From positions 32,001 to 96,000 of the forward strand of contig CAWCTR010000008.1 of NCBI GenBank assembly GCA_963798485.1: 64,000 bases of DNA. The letters are read 5' to 3'. Shown in pieces: positions 42,265 through 53,482 of this stretch. Under the pieces are notes generated by a model. It saw nothing but the letters and a program-made list of their open reading frames with translations. It was not told where the DNA came from and made no database searches. Source of the DNA: an uncultured delta proteobacterium (GTDB taxonomy: Bacteria > Desulfobacterota > Desulfomonilia > UBA1062). The stretch's first letter is position 1. Each line of letters begins with the position of its first letter. The position numbers and the translations under genes are program-made.

Positions 42265-42383
42265 TTTACAAGATCAGAGGTCTCTCATATAGGGAGATGA
42301 ATGTCCTGGAAAGTTCTCAACCTACCTCCCTGTTATTTATTTCTGATTTCATTATAATAAGTGAAAAACTCCAGGAGGGAGAT

Positions 42384-43052
42384 ATGGACGTCATTGATGC
42401 TATGAAGTCGCGATTCACATGCCGGGCTTTCACCTCTGAACCAGTGGACAATAAGACGATCCTCACGATTATGGAGGCTGCGCTGCGGGCCCCTTCATGG
42501 GGGAATACGCAGCCCTGGGAGATATTCGTCGCCAGCGGGAAGGCAGCGAACAGGTTACGGGAGGCCTATACGGAGAGGTTTGCCGGGGAAATGCCCGTTA
42601 ACCCGGATATTCCCAGGCCGCTTCCGAAGGACTGGCCTCCTGCACTCAAGGAACGGTATGAGAAATTGAGAAATGACCGTTCAGATTTTCTGGGGCTGAA
42701 TCGTGATAATGAGAAGGACATGCGTGAGCTCATGGTTCGTAACTTTTGCTTTTTCGATGCGCCTACTGTCATCTTCCTCTGCATGGACCGCACCCTGACA
42801 CCTTGGTCCTTATTCGACCTGGGTGCACTATCGCAGAGTATCATGCTCATCGCCTGTGAGAATGGGCTGGGCTCTGCAGTGGCGGTCCAGCTGGCTTCAT
42901 ATCCAGACCTGGTCCGCAAAGAGCTGGGTATCCCTGAGAAGCTGGCTGTGTGCATCGGGATAGCTATCGGCCACATCGACCCTTCGAACCCACAAAATAC
43001 ATTCAGAAGCACACGCAGGCCTGTGGACGAGATCGTAAGGATTAAGGACTAG
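42384..43052 (+). CDS. Nitroreductase family protein
   Basis: RFTCRAF, APSWGNTQPW, FFDAP. Confidence 0.9.
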   Translation: MDVIDAMKSRFTCRAFTSEPVDNKTILTIMEAALRAPSWGNTQPWEIFVASGKAANRLREAYTERFAGEMPVNPDIPRPLPKDWPPALKERYEKLRNDRSDFLGLNRDNEKDMRELMVRNFCFFDAPTVIFLCMDRTLTPWSLFDLGALSQSIMLIACENGLGSAVAVQLASYPDLVRKELGIPEKLAVCIGIAIGHIDPSNPQNTFRSTRRPVDEIVRIKD

Positions 43053-43103
43053 GCAGGAGATATCCCAAGGGACACTGATGATCTTGAGAAAGGAGATTCA
43101 TTC

Positions 43104-43862
43104 ATGGAAAACCATCTTGCACAAAAGACAGCCATTATCACTGGAGCAAGTTCCGGTATTGGGCGTGCAACAGCGTTAGCCCTGGCAAAGGCAGGTGCAT
43201 CGGTTGTTATTTATGCCCGTCGAAAAGACAGGCTTGACGAACTGGCTTTAGAGATTGCGGCCTTGGGTGGCAAAGCCCTTGTTGTGGCAGGTGATGCAAG
43301 TAATCAATCTGAGATCGATCTGCTTCTGGATAGTACGTTGGCCTGGAATGATGGTGGAAACAAGTATGACATTGTTATCGTAAACGCAGGTCGTGGACTT
43401 GCAGGAGGAATCCTCAGCAGTGAAGAATCACAATGGGAAGATCTTTATCAGATTAATGTCCTTGGCGCTGCACATCTGATGCGCCGTGCGGGGCAATACA
43501 TGGTTCAGCGAAAAAGTGGTGATATCGTGGTTCTCGGTTCGGTTGCCGGGAGGAATATCTCTCCTTTTAGTGGTTTTTACGGTTCAACCAAATTCGCTAT
43601 TGGGGCCATTGCAGAAGGTCTTCGTCGTGAGGTATGTCAGCATGGTGTGCGGGTTGCCACTGTCATGCCGGGGGTGGTTCTCAGTGAATTCCAGGAAGTG
43701 GCCGGCTATAATGAAGAGAATTTTGGAAAAGGTGTAGCCCAATTCGGCACACTGCTGGAGCCCAAGGCCATTGCCGACGGAATTTGTTGGTTACTCACAT
43801 TGCCGCCGTATGTCAACGTTAACGAGATCATGATCCGACCTACAGGTCAAAGCTACCCATGA
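43104..43862 (+). CDS. SDR family oxidoreductase
   Basis: TGASSGIG, ARR, YGSTK, IMIRPT. Confidence 0.9.
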   Translation: MENHLAQKTAIITGASSGIGRATALALAKAGASVVIYARRKDRLDELALEIAALGGKALVVAGDASNQSEIDLLLDSTLAWNDGGNKYDIVIVNAGRGLAGGILSSEESQWEDLYQINVLGAAHLMRRAGQYMVQRKSGDIVVLGSVAGRNISPFSGFYGSTKFAIGAIAEGLRREVCQHGVRVATVMPGVVLSEFQEVAGYNEENFGKGVAQFGTLLEPKAIADGICWLLTLPPYVNVNEIMIRPTGQSYP

Positions 43863-44083
43863 CATAAGATGCAATAAGGTTAGATTGTTATCGAAGTGGG
43901 ACTGATAGTAATGTTTAAGGCATGTGTTAGTTCACATAAGATATTAGAAGCTCGCCTTCCATAAAAGTTGCGATATCTGTAATGGATGACAGCTTTTATA
44001 AGCTCGCAAAAGTTATGCTATCCAAGATATATTATTCCAGAAAGATGGGGAAAGGGTGAACAGAGTCCACCCATTCCCATTTG

Positions 44084-44227
44084 TTAGCAGTACAGGTTAT
44101 CAATCCATCGTGAGGCTTCTTTATCAGTGACCATACAAACATTGATGCCTTGTGATAGTAACACTATATACCACCAAATATCATCAAGATCGGCTGCAGC
44201 CAGTGGCCGTCTAAAAACCTTTGGCAT
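44084..44227 (-). pseudogene. parE: Truncated ParE/RelE toxin
   Basis: Starts in TGATG overlap with parD; MPKVFRRPLAAADLDDIWWYI then unrelated sequence, 47 aa in total. Confidence 0.7.
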
Positions 44228-44493
44228 CAGGATTTCGATTTCCCCTGTTGTGCTGCAAGGCGTTTGCGACCTCGTGCTTTAATTCCTCCTATATCCAAGG
44301 GAGTAGGATCACCGCTGTCTATACCCTTCTTTATTTCGGCTCTAAGTTCTTCCAGGCGCACGGCCCGTAGCCGGTCACGCTCGTCGAGAAGTCTCAATGC
44401 ATCTCGCATGACCTCACTTGCGGAACCATAAAGTCCGCTGTCGACTTTGCTTTTGACTAATTCTTCAAGTTGAGGGGTAAGGGATATATTCAT
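44227..44493 (-). CDS. parD: ParD-family (RHH) antitoxin
   Basis: MNISLTPQLE...SGLYGSASEVMRDALRLL...LRAEI..G..SG. Confidence 0.9.
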   Translation of the reverse strand: MNISLTPQLEELVKSKVDSGLYGSASEVMRDALRLLDERDRLRAVRLEELRAEIKKGIDSGDPTPLDIGGIKARGRKRLAAQQGKSKS

Positions 44494-44947
44494 AGTAAGC
44501 TCCTAATATTTAATAAACATGATAACAATAAATGTCAATCTTTGTTATCATCAGATTTTATCGGCAGATAAAAAATGATGGATTAATAAAGACCCGATTG
44601 AGATCAGGAAAGTTAAGATATTCAAGAGAGATCGAAAAGAGCTTCAAGACTTATTTTGATAGGAAGATCCTCACGATATCTGTACTTTCTGAGATGCTGA
44701 TTTGCGAAACAGTTCGCGATACGATGTGGATTCTGAAAAGATTAGCTCACGAGTATAGCTATCATCACAAGAGTTACACTTTGCCCACGCCGAAGATTTT
44801 GAAACAGAACATCTACTCTTCCTTTTAGCCTTCTACTCGGTGGAGGATGTGCCTTTCGTAAGCGAGGCGGTTACGCCTTACCGGCTGCCGCTCCCGCGCA
44901 GGTGGGAACATTTTGTATTGAAGATGTGTAAGAGAAAAGATTGATGT

Positions 44948-47900
44948 TTATAATTGAATAAGCTCTTTTGCCAGCTGCAGGGTCTTCCGGCTCAAAGGGC
45001 AGCCGAGATCGGCAACAATACGATTTTTGCACCGTTCATAGGTCTTGCGCACCATGGGGTTGTTTCCTGAAAGGGCATATAGGCGCATGAGATGAAGGTA
45101 GATATTTTCTGCATAGGCATCCACTGCAAGGTGCTTAATGCAGTAATCAATGGCCTTTGAATATTCTTTTTTTGAAAAAAAGAAGTCAATGATGCACTCA
45201 AGGACCGAGAGATACAACTCCTTGATGCGGTCACGTTCCTCCATACACCATGGCTCGTAGAGATCCTCGGTAAAAAGGTCGCCCTGATAGAGCTGCTCGG
45301 CCTCAAAGAGATGATCAATAGCCCTTGCAGGATCATGTGCAGTCTTAGCCTTGCGGCAAGCCTCTACAAATGACTCCAGGTCCACCGCGCCTTCTTTCCC
45401 GAGATCAAGCAGGTAGGTATCTCCATCGCTTTTCAGATAGGCTGAAGGGAGGCCACGTTTGAGGCCAGGTTCGAGTATCCTTCGCAGTGTCGTGAGTGCC
45501 ACATGGAAGCGGGCCGAGGTCTTTTCAGGATTGCCCTCCGGCCACAAATGCTCCATGAAGATCTCTTTACTTACAAAGCCTTTGCTGCGATAATGGATGA
45601 ACAGCTTGAAGAGCATCTTTGCCTTGCTGCTCGTCCACTTCTCGGGCTTTATCTCTTCCTGGCCTCTAAATACCTGGAACCTCCCCAGACAATGGACCCT
45701 CAATCCCGGCCGGGATGCCTCGGGAAGGGCCTTTAAGATGTCAGATATGGCCTGTGCCGATTCCCGGTCCACCTGTCTCTGGAAACCAATCAAACTCACA
45801 CGGGCACTGTCGCCTGCAATCATGAAGATCTTCTGGATATAGCCCTTCATAATGCCTTTCGAAAAGAGCATTACCAGGAGTGGCATCATCCATTCCCATT
45901 CACGGGCGACCCATCCCTCGTATCCATTGTCCTGTGCTATCCGGAGACATCTTTGAAGCCAAGCAAGTGCCTCTTCCCTCCGGCCCTTAAGCCAATAAAA
46001 AAGGGCATATATCCTGAAGATGAGACAATCAAAATAGGTCGAATAAGAGTTCTCGGCATGCACCTCCTGAAGAAGCCTCTCAGCCTCATCCATCCTGCTT
46101 TTCAATATAAAAACAGTAGCAAGTATGCATTTGGCCGGTACGGTTATATATGGCAGACTGATACCTCTGAGGGCTTCCAGGCATGCATCTGCCATTTGCT
46201 CTGCAAGGTCGACTTGCCTGGAATAGATATAGATTGTCCCGAGGGTGAGGTAGGCGCAACCTTCACCAAAATATGATCCCAGCTTTTGAAAATGCTTGAG
46301 ACTGTCTTCTGCATAGAGGATGGCTTCTTCAAACTTTCCAAGACCCGAAGCATTCATTCCCGCGAAGCACAGGATCCATCCGTATGAAAAATCCAGAAAA
46401 CCCTTTTCTTTTGACAGGGCCAGACCTTTGCAGGCCTCTTCAAGGCCAATCGCAAATGAGCCGAGAAAAAAATGCGCTATGGAGGTGAGTTGATAACAGA
46501 TGGTCAGAATACGTTGACTTTGGTATTTATAAAGTTTTTTCTTGGCAGCTTCCGCCAGATCGAGGGCCTTGAACATATCTCCGGAATTAACGTGCCGGAA
46601 GCCGTGATAGAGCATGAGATTGGCATGAGACACTTCCCTTAAAACAGGTTCTTCGATACCAGGCATGAACATGAGGGCCTTTTCATAATACCTGTCCGAT
46701 TCTTCGAGCTTACCGTATTGAGACGTTATGAACACCAGATGGATAAGCGCCTCCACCCGTGAAGAAAGGCTTAAGGAGGGACTCTTTAGCAATTCTTCAA
46801 AGATCTTCTCAGCCGAGGCGAAATCGCCTCTCAAGTAGAGACCTATTGCCATGGTATTCAAACAACTGTCTATACCGTGCTGATCCTGTTTCTCTTTGAA
46901 GAGAACCAGCGCCTTGAAGAAGCAGTTCCTCGCCTCCATGAACCTACCCGAGAAGATGTGGGTAAACCCACGCTGATATTCGAGCCATGGGTGGGGATGG
47001 AAAAAAGGCTCAGGGATCTTTTCCAGAAATGCATTCATGAGCTCAAGCCTGCCCGACCCGATCAGGGCCATGCTCATCCTTTCCAGAATAGGACAGGCTA
47101 GCTCGAATGCGCCGGCATTGAGATAGTGCCGGGCAGCTTCTTCATCATCACCGCTCTCTTCCAGGATCTGAGCCGCTTGAAGGTGCAGGCGGTCCTTTTC
47201 CTCACTGCCCATTTCACGGCTGAGTGCGGTCTGTAGATATTCCTGGAAGAGATGGTGATAGCAATATTCCTGCCCTTCTTCATCCAGGACAAAGGTGAAG
47301 AGGTGGCTCTTCTGGAGTCTTCTCAGGATCTTCGCCGCATTCGAAATATTAAGGAGCCGGTTGCAGAACAACGCGTTCAGCCTGGAGAGGATGGAAGTCT
47401 TGAGAAGGAAACTTTTCAACTCCGTATGGAGCAGGGCATACACGTTTTCCGCCAGGTAATCGGATATGAGCCTTCCCGAGCCCTTGAGCCTATGTATTTC
47501 CTGTTCGATATCCATGGTATTTTTTTGTCTAATGGAATGGAAAAAGAGGATCAGGGCGCTGACCCAGCCGGCTGTCTTTGCGTAAAGCACCTCAAGGGAG
47601 TCTTCCGTCAAGTCGATCCGGAAGAGCTGCTGGAAAAACTCGCCGGATCTCCTCGGAGGTGAAGATGAGGTCATCCTGGGAGATGTCGAGGACCTCGCGC
47701 ATGGTCCTCAGACGGGAGAGCTGCAGCGGATACCTCGGCGCGGCTGATGATGATAAGATGCGCCCGCGGGCAAAGGTTCTCCGCCAGAAGCTGAACCGTA
47801 TCACGGATCAGGGAGGTGTCCTGCACATGGTGATAATCATCCAGCACGATCATTAAATCTTTCTTCGAGTTCCGAACCGAGCTCATGGATAAAGAGGGCG

Positions 47901-48241
47901 ACCACCCCTTTATACTCCAGGCTTAAGGTTTCGCCTTCCTCCAATCGTTTTGCCGTTTCCTTCCCGAAGTCAGGATAAATCCTTCGGATGCCTGCGACAA
48001 GATGGGAAAGGAAGGTGGCAAAGTCACGGTCAAGGTCGTCCAGCCGATACCACGCCGTGTCATACCCCTGTACGGCCTGGGCGATCAGGGTGGTCTTGCC
48101 GTAACCTGCACCGGCTGTAACAACAGCAACCCTCTTTTCAGGAATCTCCAGTGTGAGCGGCCTGAGCTTGTTCCGGATGATAGTATCCAAAGTGCGCGGA
48201 ACCATCAGCTTCGAGAATAATATCGGAAATTCTTTTGCCAT
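44948..48241 (-). pseudogene. MalT-like STAND ATPase/TPR transcriptional regulator with C-terminal BTAD/SARP domain; three +1 frameshifts at about 47640-47870
   Basis: AGAGYGKTT, LDDYH, GW, YHHLF, LGRF, YQGD and E..Y..LM motifs spread over four consecutive ORF segments. Confidence 0.85.
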
Positions 48242-48331
48242 GATAGCAGTATATCGATTCGGGCAAATTAATTCACCATTAATTGTACTGTGATACAATG
48301 ATATGCATCAAACATTGAGGAGGTTTCTGTT

Positions 48332-48694
48332 ATGAGAAAGTTTGTTGCCATGTGTTTGCTTTGTTGTTTTGTCGGCTGCGGATCATTGGCCTATGCCGCG
48401 GACAGTGAATGCGACTGCAACTGCAAGACCGGAGGGTTGGGCATCAAGATCGGCAAATTCGTCTGTGGTTTCGGGTTTAAAAAGTTCAATTCGAAACTGG
48501 GATGTGATAAAAACATCGGTATTGGTCTCGGATTGGGTAGCGAGCTTCACCGGATTCAATTGGGTTTCGGGTTTGATGAGGGGGTATTCGGTTTCGGCAT
48601 CGGGTTAAAAGGCCCGGAAGAGACCACCAGTATGGGTTTCAGTCTGGGATACAACTATGGCGACTGCAGGATGGTCTGGCCCATAGAAGAATAA
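48332..48694 (+). CDS. Small exported Gly/aromatic-rich protein with Cys residues
   Basis: GAGGAGG RBS; signal peptide ending AYA; GxGxG alternating strands. Confidence 0.75.
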   Translation: MRKFVAMCLLCCFVGCGSLAYAADSECDCNCKTGGLGIKIGKFVCGFGFKKFNSKLGCDKNIGIGLGLGSELHRIQLGFGFDEGVFGFGIGLKGPEETTSMGFSLGYNYGDCRMVWPIEE

Positions 48695-48755
48695 TTATTC
48701 CATTCTCCTTTGATTTGTTTGATATTGGAGTGGGGAGATTTGAAAGGGGGGTCAT

Positions 48756-49652
48756 ATGATGATTTTGCGTCTTTCACGGCATTTTGTACTGTTCCTTTTT
48801 GTTTCGGCAAGCTTTCTCACCGGCTGCGCATCCACCATGGCCAAAATGACGGTGGACGGCATGAAGCCCCTCATGGAGGACATGCACACTGCAACGAACA
48901 GGAACCCCGATGTGGACCTGGTACGTACCGCCATGCCGGCGATGCTCGTGCAGATGGACGGGTTCATCAGGGTCTCTCCGGAAAACAGATACCTCCTGTA
49001 CAGTGCGGCTGAAGCAAACATGGGCTATGCATTCCTGTTCGTGGAAGACACGGACAAGGAACGGGCCAAGGCACAGTATCTGAAAGCCAGGGATTATGCC
49101 CTGCGAAACCTGGAGCTGAATCAGACATTCAAACATGCCCTGGAACAGGACGATGTCCAGGTTTTCACCAAGGCCCTGAATACTATCCATAAACGGGATA
49201 TCGCGGCCCTGTATTTTGCAACGAATTCCTGGCTGCAATGGATCAACCTCTCCCTCGGCGACCACCCGGAAGTTTTGAAAGATCTGCCCAAGGTGGAAGC
49301 CATGATGGACCGAGTGCTCGTTCTGGACGATACCTTTTATCATGGCGGCATCCATGCGCTTTTCGGCGTCTATTATGTTGCCCGGCCCGAGATGTTCGGA
49401 GGGCAGCCCGAGGAGTCACAAAAACATTTCAAGGAAGCATTCGATATATCGGAATCAAAGTATCTCATCTGGCATTTTCTGTATGCAAAATACTATGCGG
49501 TGCAGACCAAGGACAGGGAGCTCTTTGTATCCACGTTGAACAAGATCATGACCGCGCCGGATGATCTCCTGCCGGAAGAAGCCTTTGCGAATGCGGCAGT
49601 CAAACAGAAAGCCAGGGAGCTACTGCTCCATGTCGATGATTACTTTAAATGA
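48756..49652 (+). CDS. TatT-family (TRAP-T) TPR-like lipoprotein
   Basis: Lipobox LTGC; D..LV..A.PA, GYA..F.E, Y..AR.YA, P.MFGG.PE, YA..YA, N..AK.KA pattern. Confidence 0.8.
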   Translation: MMILRLSRHFVLFLFVSASFLTGCASTMAKMTVDGMKPLMEDMHTATNRNPDVDLVRTAMPAMLVQMDGFIRVSPENRYLLYSAAEANMGYAFLFVEDTDKERAKAQYLKARDYALRNLELNQTFKHALEQDDVQVFTKALNTIHKRDIAALYFATNSWLQWINLSLGDHPEVLKDLPKVEAMMDRVLVLDDTFYHGGIHALFGVYYVARPEMFGGQPEESQKHFKEAFDISESKYLIWHFLYAKYYAVQTKDRELFVSTLNKIMTAPDDLLPEEAFANAAVKQKARELLLHVDDYFK

Positions 49653-50614
49653 ACATGAGACAGTACATCATCAGAAGAATCCTCTATTCCCTGTTGATCC
49701 TGTTTCTTGTCTCCATTCTCATTTTCATCCTGGGGAGGGTATTGCCCGGAGATCCGGTGCGCGCCGCAATCCTTTCCTCAAGAATCGATGCCGTCAACAA
49801 CGAGATCATCCAGGAGCTCCGGATCCAGTTCGGGTTGGATAAGCCCCTTCCCGTACAATACTTCATCTGGATCAAAAGCTTCATCCGGGGTGACTGGGGC
49901 GTATCCATCGCCAGCGGAGAGCAGGTGTTCCCCATGTTCATGACCAGGCTGCCCATCACCCTGGAGCTCTTTGCAGGCTCTGTTTTCTGGGCCTCTCTCA
50001 TCGGGTTTCCGTTCGGGATCATCTCTGCGCTCAGACGCAATTCGTGGCTCGACGTATCCGTAACCACCAGCGCCATCATCGGTGTTTCCATCCCGGTATT
50101 CTGGGAGGGGATTATCATGATCTACCTCTTTGCAGTGATCACCCATATCTTCCCTCCATCAGGCTATGTACCCTTTTCAGAGAACGCATGGGGCAACCTC
50201 CTTTCCGTGGCCATGCCCACCTTTATCATGGGAACCCAGGGCGCGGGACTTCTGAGCAGATTCGTGCGGTCGAGCCTGCTGGAGGTTCTGGGCCAGGACT
50301 ACATCAGGACTGCATATGCCAAAGGCCTGCGGGAAAAGGCCGTGCTCCTCAGACACGCCATGAAGCCCGCCATGATACCCGTGGTCACGGTCATAGGGCT
50401 GACCTGGGGCTATGTGGTGGCAGGTTCCTTCATCGTCGAGTATATGTTCGCCATCCCCGGTCTTGGCCGCATGGGGGTGAATGCGATCTTTGCCAAAGAT
50501 TTCCCCGTGATCCAGGCCACCCTGATCATGGTCGCCGCCAACATCCTGCTGGTGAATCTTCTTGTGGACCTCTTATACGGGCTCATCGACCCGCGGGTGA
50601 GGGTGCAGCAATGA
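49649..50614 (+). CDS. dppB: Dpp/Opp/Nik ABC permease B
   Basis: LPGDP, GLDKP, QDYIRTAYAKG, FAIPGLG, DPRVR. Confidence 0.9.
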   Translation: MNMRQYIIRRILYSLLILFLVSILIFILGRVLPGDPVRAAILSSRIDAVNNEIIQELRIQFGLDKPLPVQYFIWIKSFIRGDWGVSIASGEQVFPMFMTRLPITLELFAGSVFWASLIGFPFGIISALRRNSWLDVSVTTSAIIGVSIPVFWEGIIMIYLFAVITHIFPPSGYVPFSENAWGNLLSVAMPTFIMGTQGAGLLSRFVRSSLLEVLGQDYIRTAYAKGLREKAVLLRHAMKPAMIPVVTVIGLTWGYVVAGSFIVEYMFAIPGLGRMGVNAIFAKDFPVIQATLIMVAANILLVNLLVDLLYGLIDPRVRVQQ

Positions 50615-51507
50615 ACAGCAATTATGAACAGAGTAACGGCCTTCTTCCCGGCCGAACCCATGGGCGGGCGGTCATACACACCCTTGCACATCACCGGATC
50701 GCATCCACAGGGATCATCATCTTTCTCTGCATCGCAGCCATGGCGATCTTCGCCCCTTTCCTTGTACCGTACAATCCGAACCAGCAGGATCTTTATCATG
50801 TCCTGGAAGGTCCTTCCCGGCTGCACCTGCTCGGCACCGACGACGTGGGCCGCGATCTGCTGTCCCGGGTCATCTATGGGTCCCGTGCCACGCTGCTCAT
50901 GGGAGGGCTTTCGACCTTGTTTTCAGCCGTCATAGGCGTGCTGCTGGGCTTGGTGGCCGGATACAAAGGCGGCATCATGGATATGATCATCATGCGCACC
51001 ACCGACACCTTCATGTGCATGCCTTCACTCGTATTGCTGCTCGCCATAGTGGCCGCTTTGGGGCCGGGCATTCAAAGCGTGATCATATCCATCACAGTTC
51101 TCTCGTGGACCGGGTTCGCGCGCATCGTCCGGGGCCAGGTGATGCAGGTGCGGGAGCTTCCTTATATCGAGGCGTCTCAGGCGCTGGGCGCTTCGGGTTT
51201 AAGGATCATGTTCAAACACCTCCTGCCCAATGTCATGGCCCCGATAATCGTCACCGCCTCTATTGCCCTTGGTGGAAACATCATGCTGGAAAGCGCGGTA
51301 TCATTCCTTGGACTCGGCGTGCAGCCTCCCACGCCGAGCTGGGGGAACGAGCTGAGAATAGGTTATTCTTATCTGGAGATCGTGCCTCTGTTTTCCTTTG
51401 CACCGGGATTGATGATAACGCTTTCCGTCCTTGCCTTCAACTTCATGGGCGACGGCCTGAGGGACGCCCTCGACCCGCGCCTGCGAGGTAATAACAGAAC
51501 AATATAA
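50611..51507 (+). CDS. dppC: Dpp/Opp/Nik ABC permease C
   Basis: HLLGTDDVGRD, YIEAS.ALG, HLLPN, GDGLRDALDPR. Confidence 0.9.
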   Translation: MNSNYEQSNGLLPGRTHGRAVIHTLAHHRIASTGIIIFLCIAAMAIFAPFLVPYNPNQQDLYHVLEGPSRLHLLGTDDVGRDLLSRVIYGSRATLLMGGLSTLFSAVIGVLLGLVAGYKGGIMDMIIMRTTDTFMCMPSLVLLLAIVAALGPGIQSVIISITVLSWTGFARIVRGQVMQVRELPYIEASQALGASGLRIMFKHLLPNVMAPIIVTASIALGGNIMLESAVSFLGLGVQPPTPSWGNELRIGYSYLEIVPLFSFAPGLMITLSVLAFNFMGDGLRDALDPRLRGNNRTI

Positions 51508-51515
51508 TAAACAAT

Positions 51516-52478
51516 ATGCTGCTGAAGGTTAACAACCTGACCACCCATTTTTATTCCGACGACGGCATCATCAAGGCCGTGGATGATATCTCATACGACC
51601 TTAAGGAAGGAGAGACGCTTGCCATTGTCGGAGAAAGCGGCTGCGGCAAGACCGTCAGCGCCCTTTCCCTTATGCGGCTCATCCCCGATCCTCCTGGGAG
51701 AATCGTGAATGGCGAAGTCATATTTGAAGGACGGGATCTTCTGAAAATGAGCGATGAGGAGATCTGCGACATCAGGGGCAACCGGATCGCCATGATCTTC
51801 CAGGAACCCATGACATCCCTCAATCCGGTGCTCTCTGTCGGCCTTCAGGTCATGGAACCCCTGATGCTCCACAAGGCCATGAGCAGAAAATCGGCGCTGA
51901 TTACATGCATCGATCTTCTCAAGAAGGTGCAGATCCCTGACGCCGAGACCATGACGAACGCATACCCGCATCAGCTCAGCGGCGGTATGAGGCAGCGGGT
52001 CATGATCTCCATGGGTCTTGCCTGCAACCCCAGGCTCATCATCGCAGACGAGCCCACCACCGCCCTTGATGTGACCATCCAGGCAGAGCTCCTGGAGCTC
52101 ATGAAGAATCTTACCCGGGACCGGGGCACAGCCCTGATCATCATCACCCACAACCTTGGTATTGTGGCACGGTATGCAGACAGGGTCATGGTCATGTATG
52201 CCGGTAAAATCATCGAGAAGGCTGTGACAAGGGACCTCTACCGCACCCCGCGGCATCCCTATACCATCGGGCTTCTTGAGTCGGTCCCGAGGCTCGATCA
52301 GGATATCAAACAGAAGCTCATCTCCATTGAAGGCCGGCCGCCGGACCTGGCCTGCCTGCCTTCCGGCTGTTCCTTCCATCCGCGGTGCAGGTATGCCCTC
52401 GACAGATGCGCTCAGGAAGCACCGATACTCAGAGAAACAGACGACGGTCATGAAGTTGCGTGCTGGATAGGGGTTTGA
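51516..52478 (+). CDS. dppD: Dpp/Opp ABC ATPase D
   Basis: GESGCGKT, LSGGMRQR, HPYT, C-terminal Cys motif. Confidence 0.92.
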   Translation: MLLKVNNLTTHFYSDDGIIKAVDDISYDLKEGETLAIVGESGCGKTVSALSLMRLIPDPPGRIVNGEVIFEGRDLLKMSDEEICDIRGNRIAMIFQEPMTSLNPVLSVGLQVMEPLMLHKAMSRKSALITCIDLLKKVQIPDAETMTNAYPHQLSGGMRQRVMISMGLACNPRLIIADEPTTALDVTIQAELLELMKNLTRDRGTALIIITHNLGIVARYADRVMVMYAGKIIEKAVTRDLYRTPRHPYTIGLLESVPRLDQDIKQKLISIEGRPPDLACLPSGCSFHPRCRYALDRCAQEAPILRETDDGHEVACWIGV

Positions 52479-52479
52479 C

Positions 52480-53463
52480 ATGAACGATACGCTTATCCAT
52501 GTAAACGGGCTTTCAAAGCACTTCCCCATCTATCACGGCGCGATCTTCAAGAAGAAAATAGGCGATCTGAAGGCCCTGGACGGGGTCAGCTTCGATATCT
52601 CAAAAGGGGAAACTCTCGGGCTCGTGGGAGAAAGCGGGTGCGGCAAAACGACAACCGGCCGGACCGTCCTCCAGCTCGAGCGACCCACATCCGGGGAGGT
52701 CCTCTTTCAGGGCAACGATATAACCAGGCTTAAGGAATACGAGCGCAGGAAGCTTAGGAAGCATATGCAGATCATCTACCAGGATCCCTTCGGGTCTCTG
52801 GACCCCAGGATGACGGTGGGCGATATTGTAGGCGAAGCGCTCCTGATCCATAATCTAACCCAAGGGAAAGGCGAATACGCCGAGAAGGTCCGTCACCTGC
52901 TGGAGATCGTGGGCTTGAACCCCGCCATGGCCGTGAGATATCCCCACGAGTTCAGCGGGGGGCAGCGGCAGCGCATCGGGATAGCACGGGCTCTGGCGGC
53001 AAGCCCGAGCTTCATCGTGTGCGATGAACCGGTCTCGGCCCTGGATGTATCGATACAGGCGCAGATCATCAACCTGCTGGAAGACCTTAAGGAAAAGCTC
53101 AACCTGACCTACTTGTTCATCGCCCATGACCTGTCGGTGGTCAGGCATATCAGCGACAGGATAGCGGTCATGTATCTGGGCGGGATCGTCGAGATCGCAA
53201 GCAGGGAGGACTTGTATCATAACCCGGGGCACCCCTACACAAAAGCGCTGCTTGCCGCTGTGCCCATACCCGACCCTGAGAAGGAGTACGGCCGGGAACA
53301 CTGCATGATCAAAGGAGAGGTCCCGAGCCTGTTCAATACCCCTCGGGGCTGCAAATTTCATCCCCGCTGCCCTCTCGCGCAGAAGACCTGCACGGAATCC
53401 AAGCCCGTGCTGAAGAGAATAAACAACAAAGATCATCTGGTGGCCTGCCACCTGGAAATTTGA
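52480..53463 (+). CDS. dppF: Dpp/Opp ABC ATPase F
   Basis: GESGCGKTT, FSGGQRQR, CDEPVSALD, VACH. Confidence 0.92.
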   Translation: MNDTLIHVNGLSKHFPIYHGAIFKKKIGDLKALDGVSFDISKGETLGLVGESGCGKTTTGRTVLQLERPTSGEVLFQGNDITRLKEYERRKLRKHMQIIYQDPFGSLDPRMTVGDIVGEALLIHNLTQGKGEYAEKVRHLLEIVGLNPAMAVRYPHEFSGGQRQRIGIARALAASPSFIVCDEPVSALDVSIQAQIINLLEDLKEKLNLTYLFIAHDLSVVRHISDRIAVMYLGGIVEIASREDLYHNPGHPYTKALLAAVPIPDPEKEYGREHCMIKGEVPSLFNTPRGCKFHPRCPLAQKTCTESKPVLKRINNKDHLVACHLEI

Positions 53464-53482
53464 TGTGAATGAGGAGGTTATC

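Noticed and set aside
44532-44828. 98-aa ORF divergent from parD
   Set aside because: No RBS or recognisable motif; lies in AT-rich sequence
50044-50610. N-terminal extension of dppC in the ORF track
   Set aside because: Overlaps dppB in another frame; the real start is the ATGA-coupled ATG at 50611
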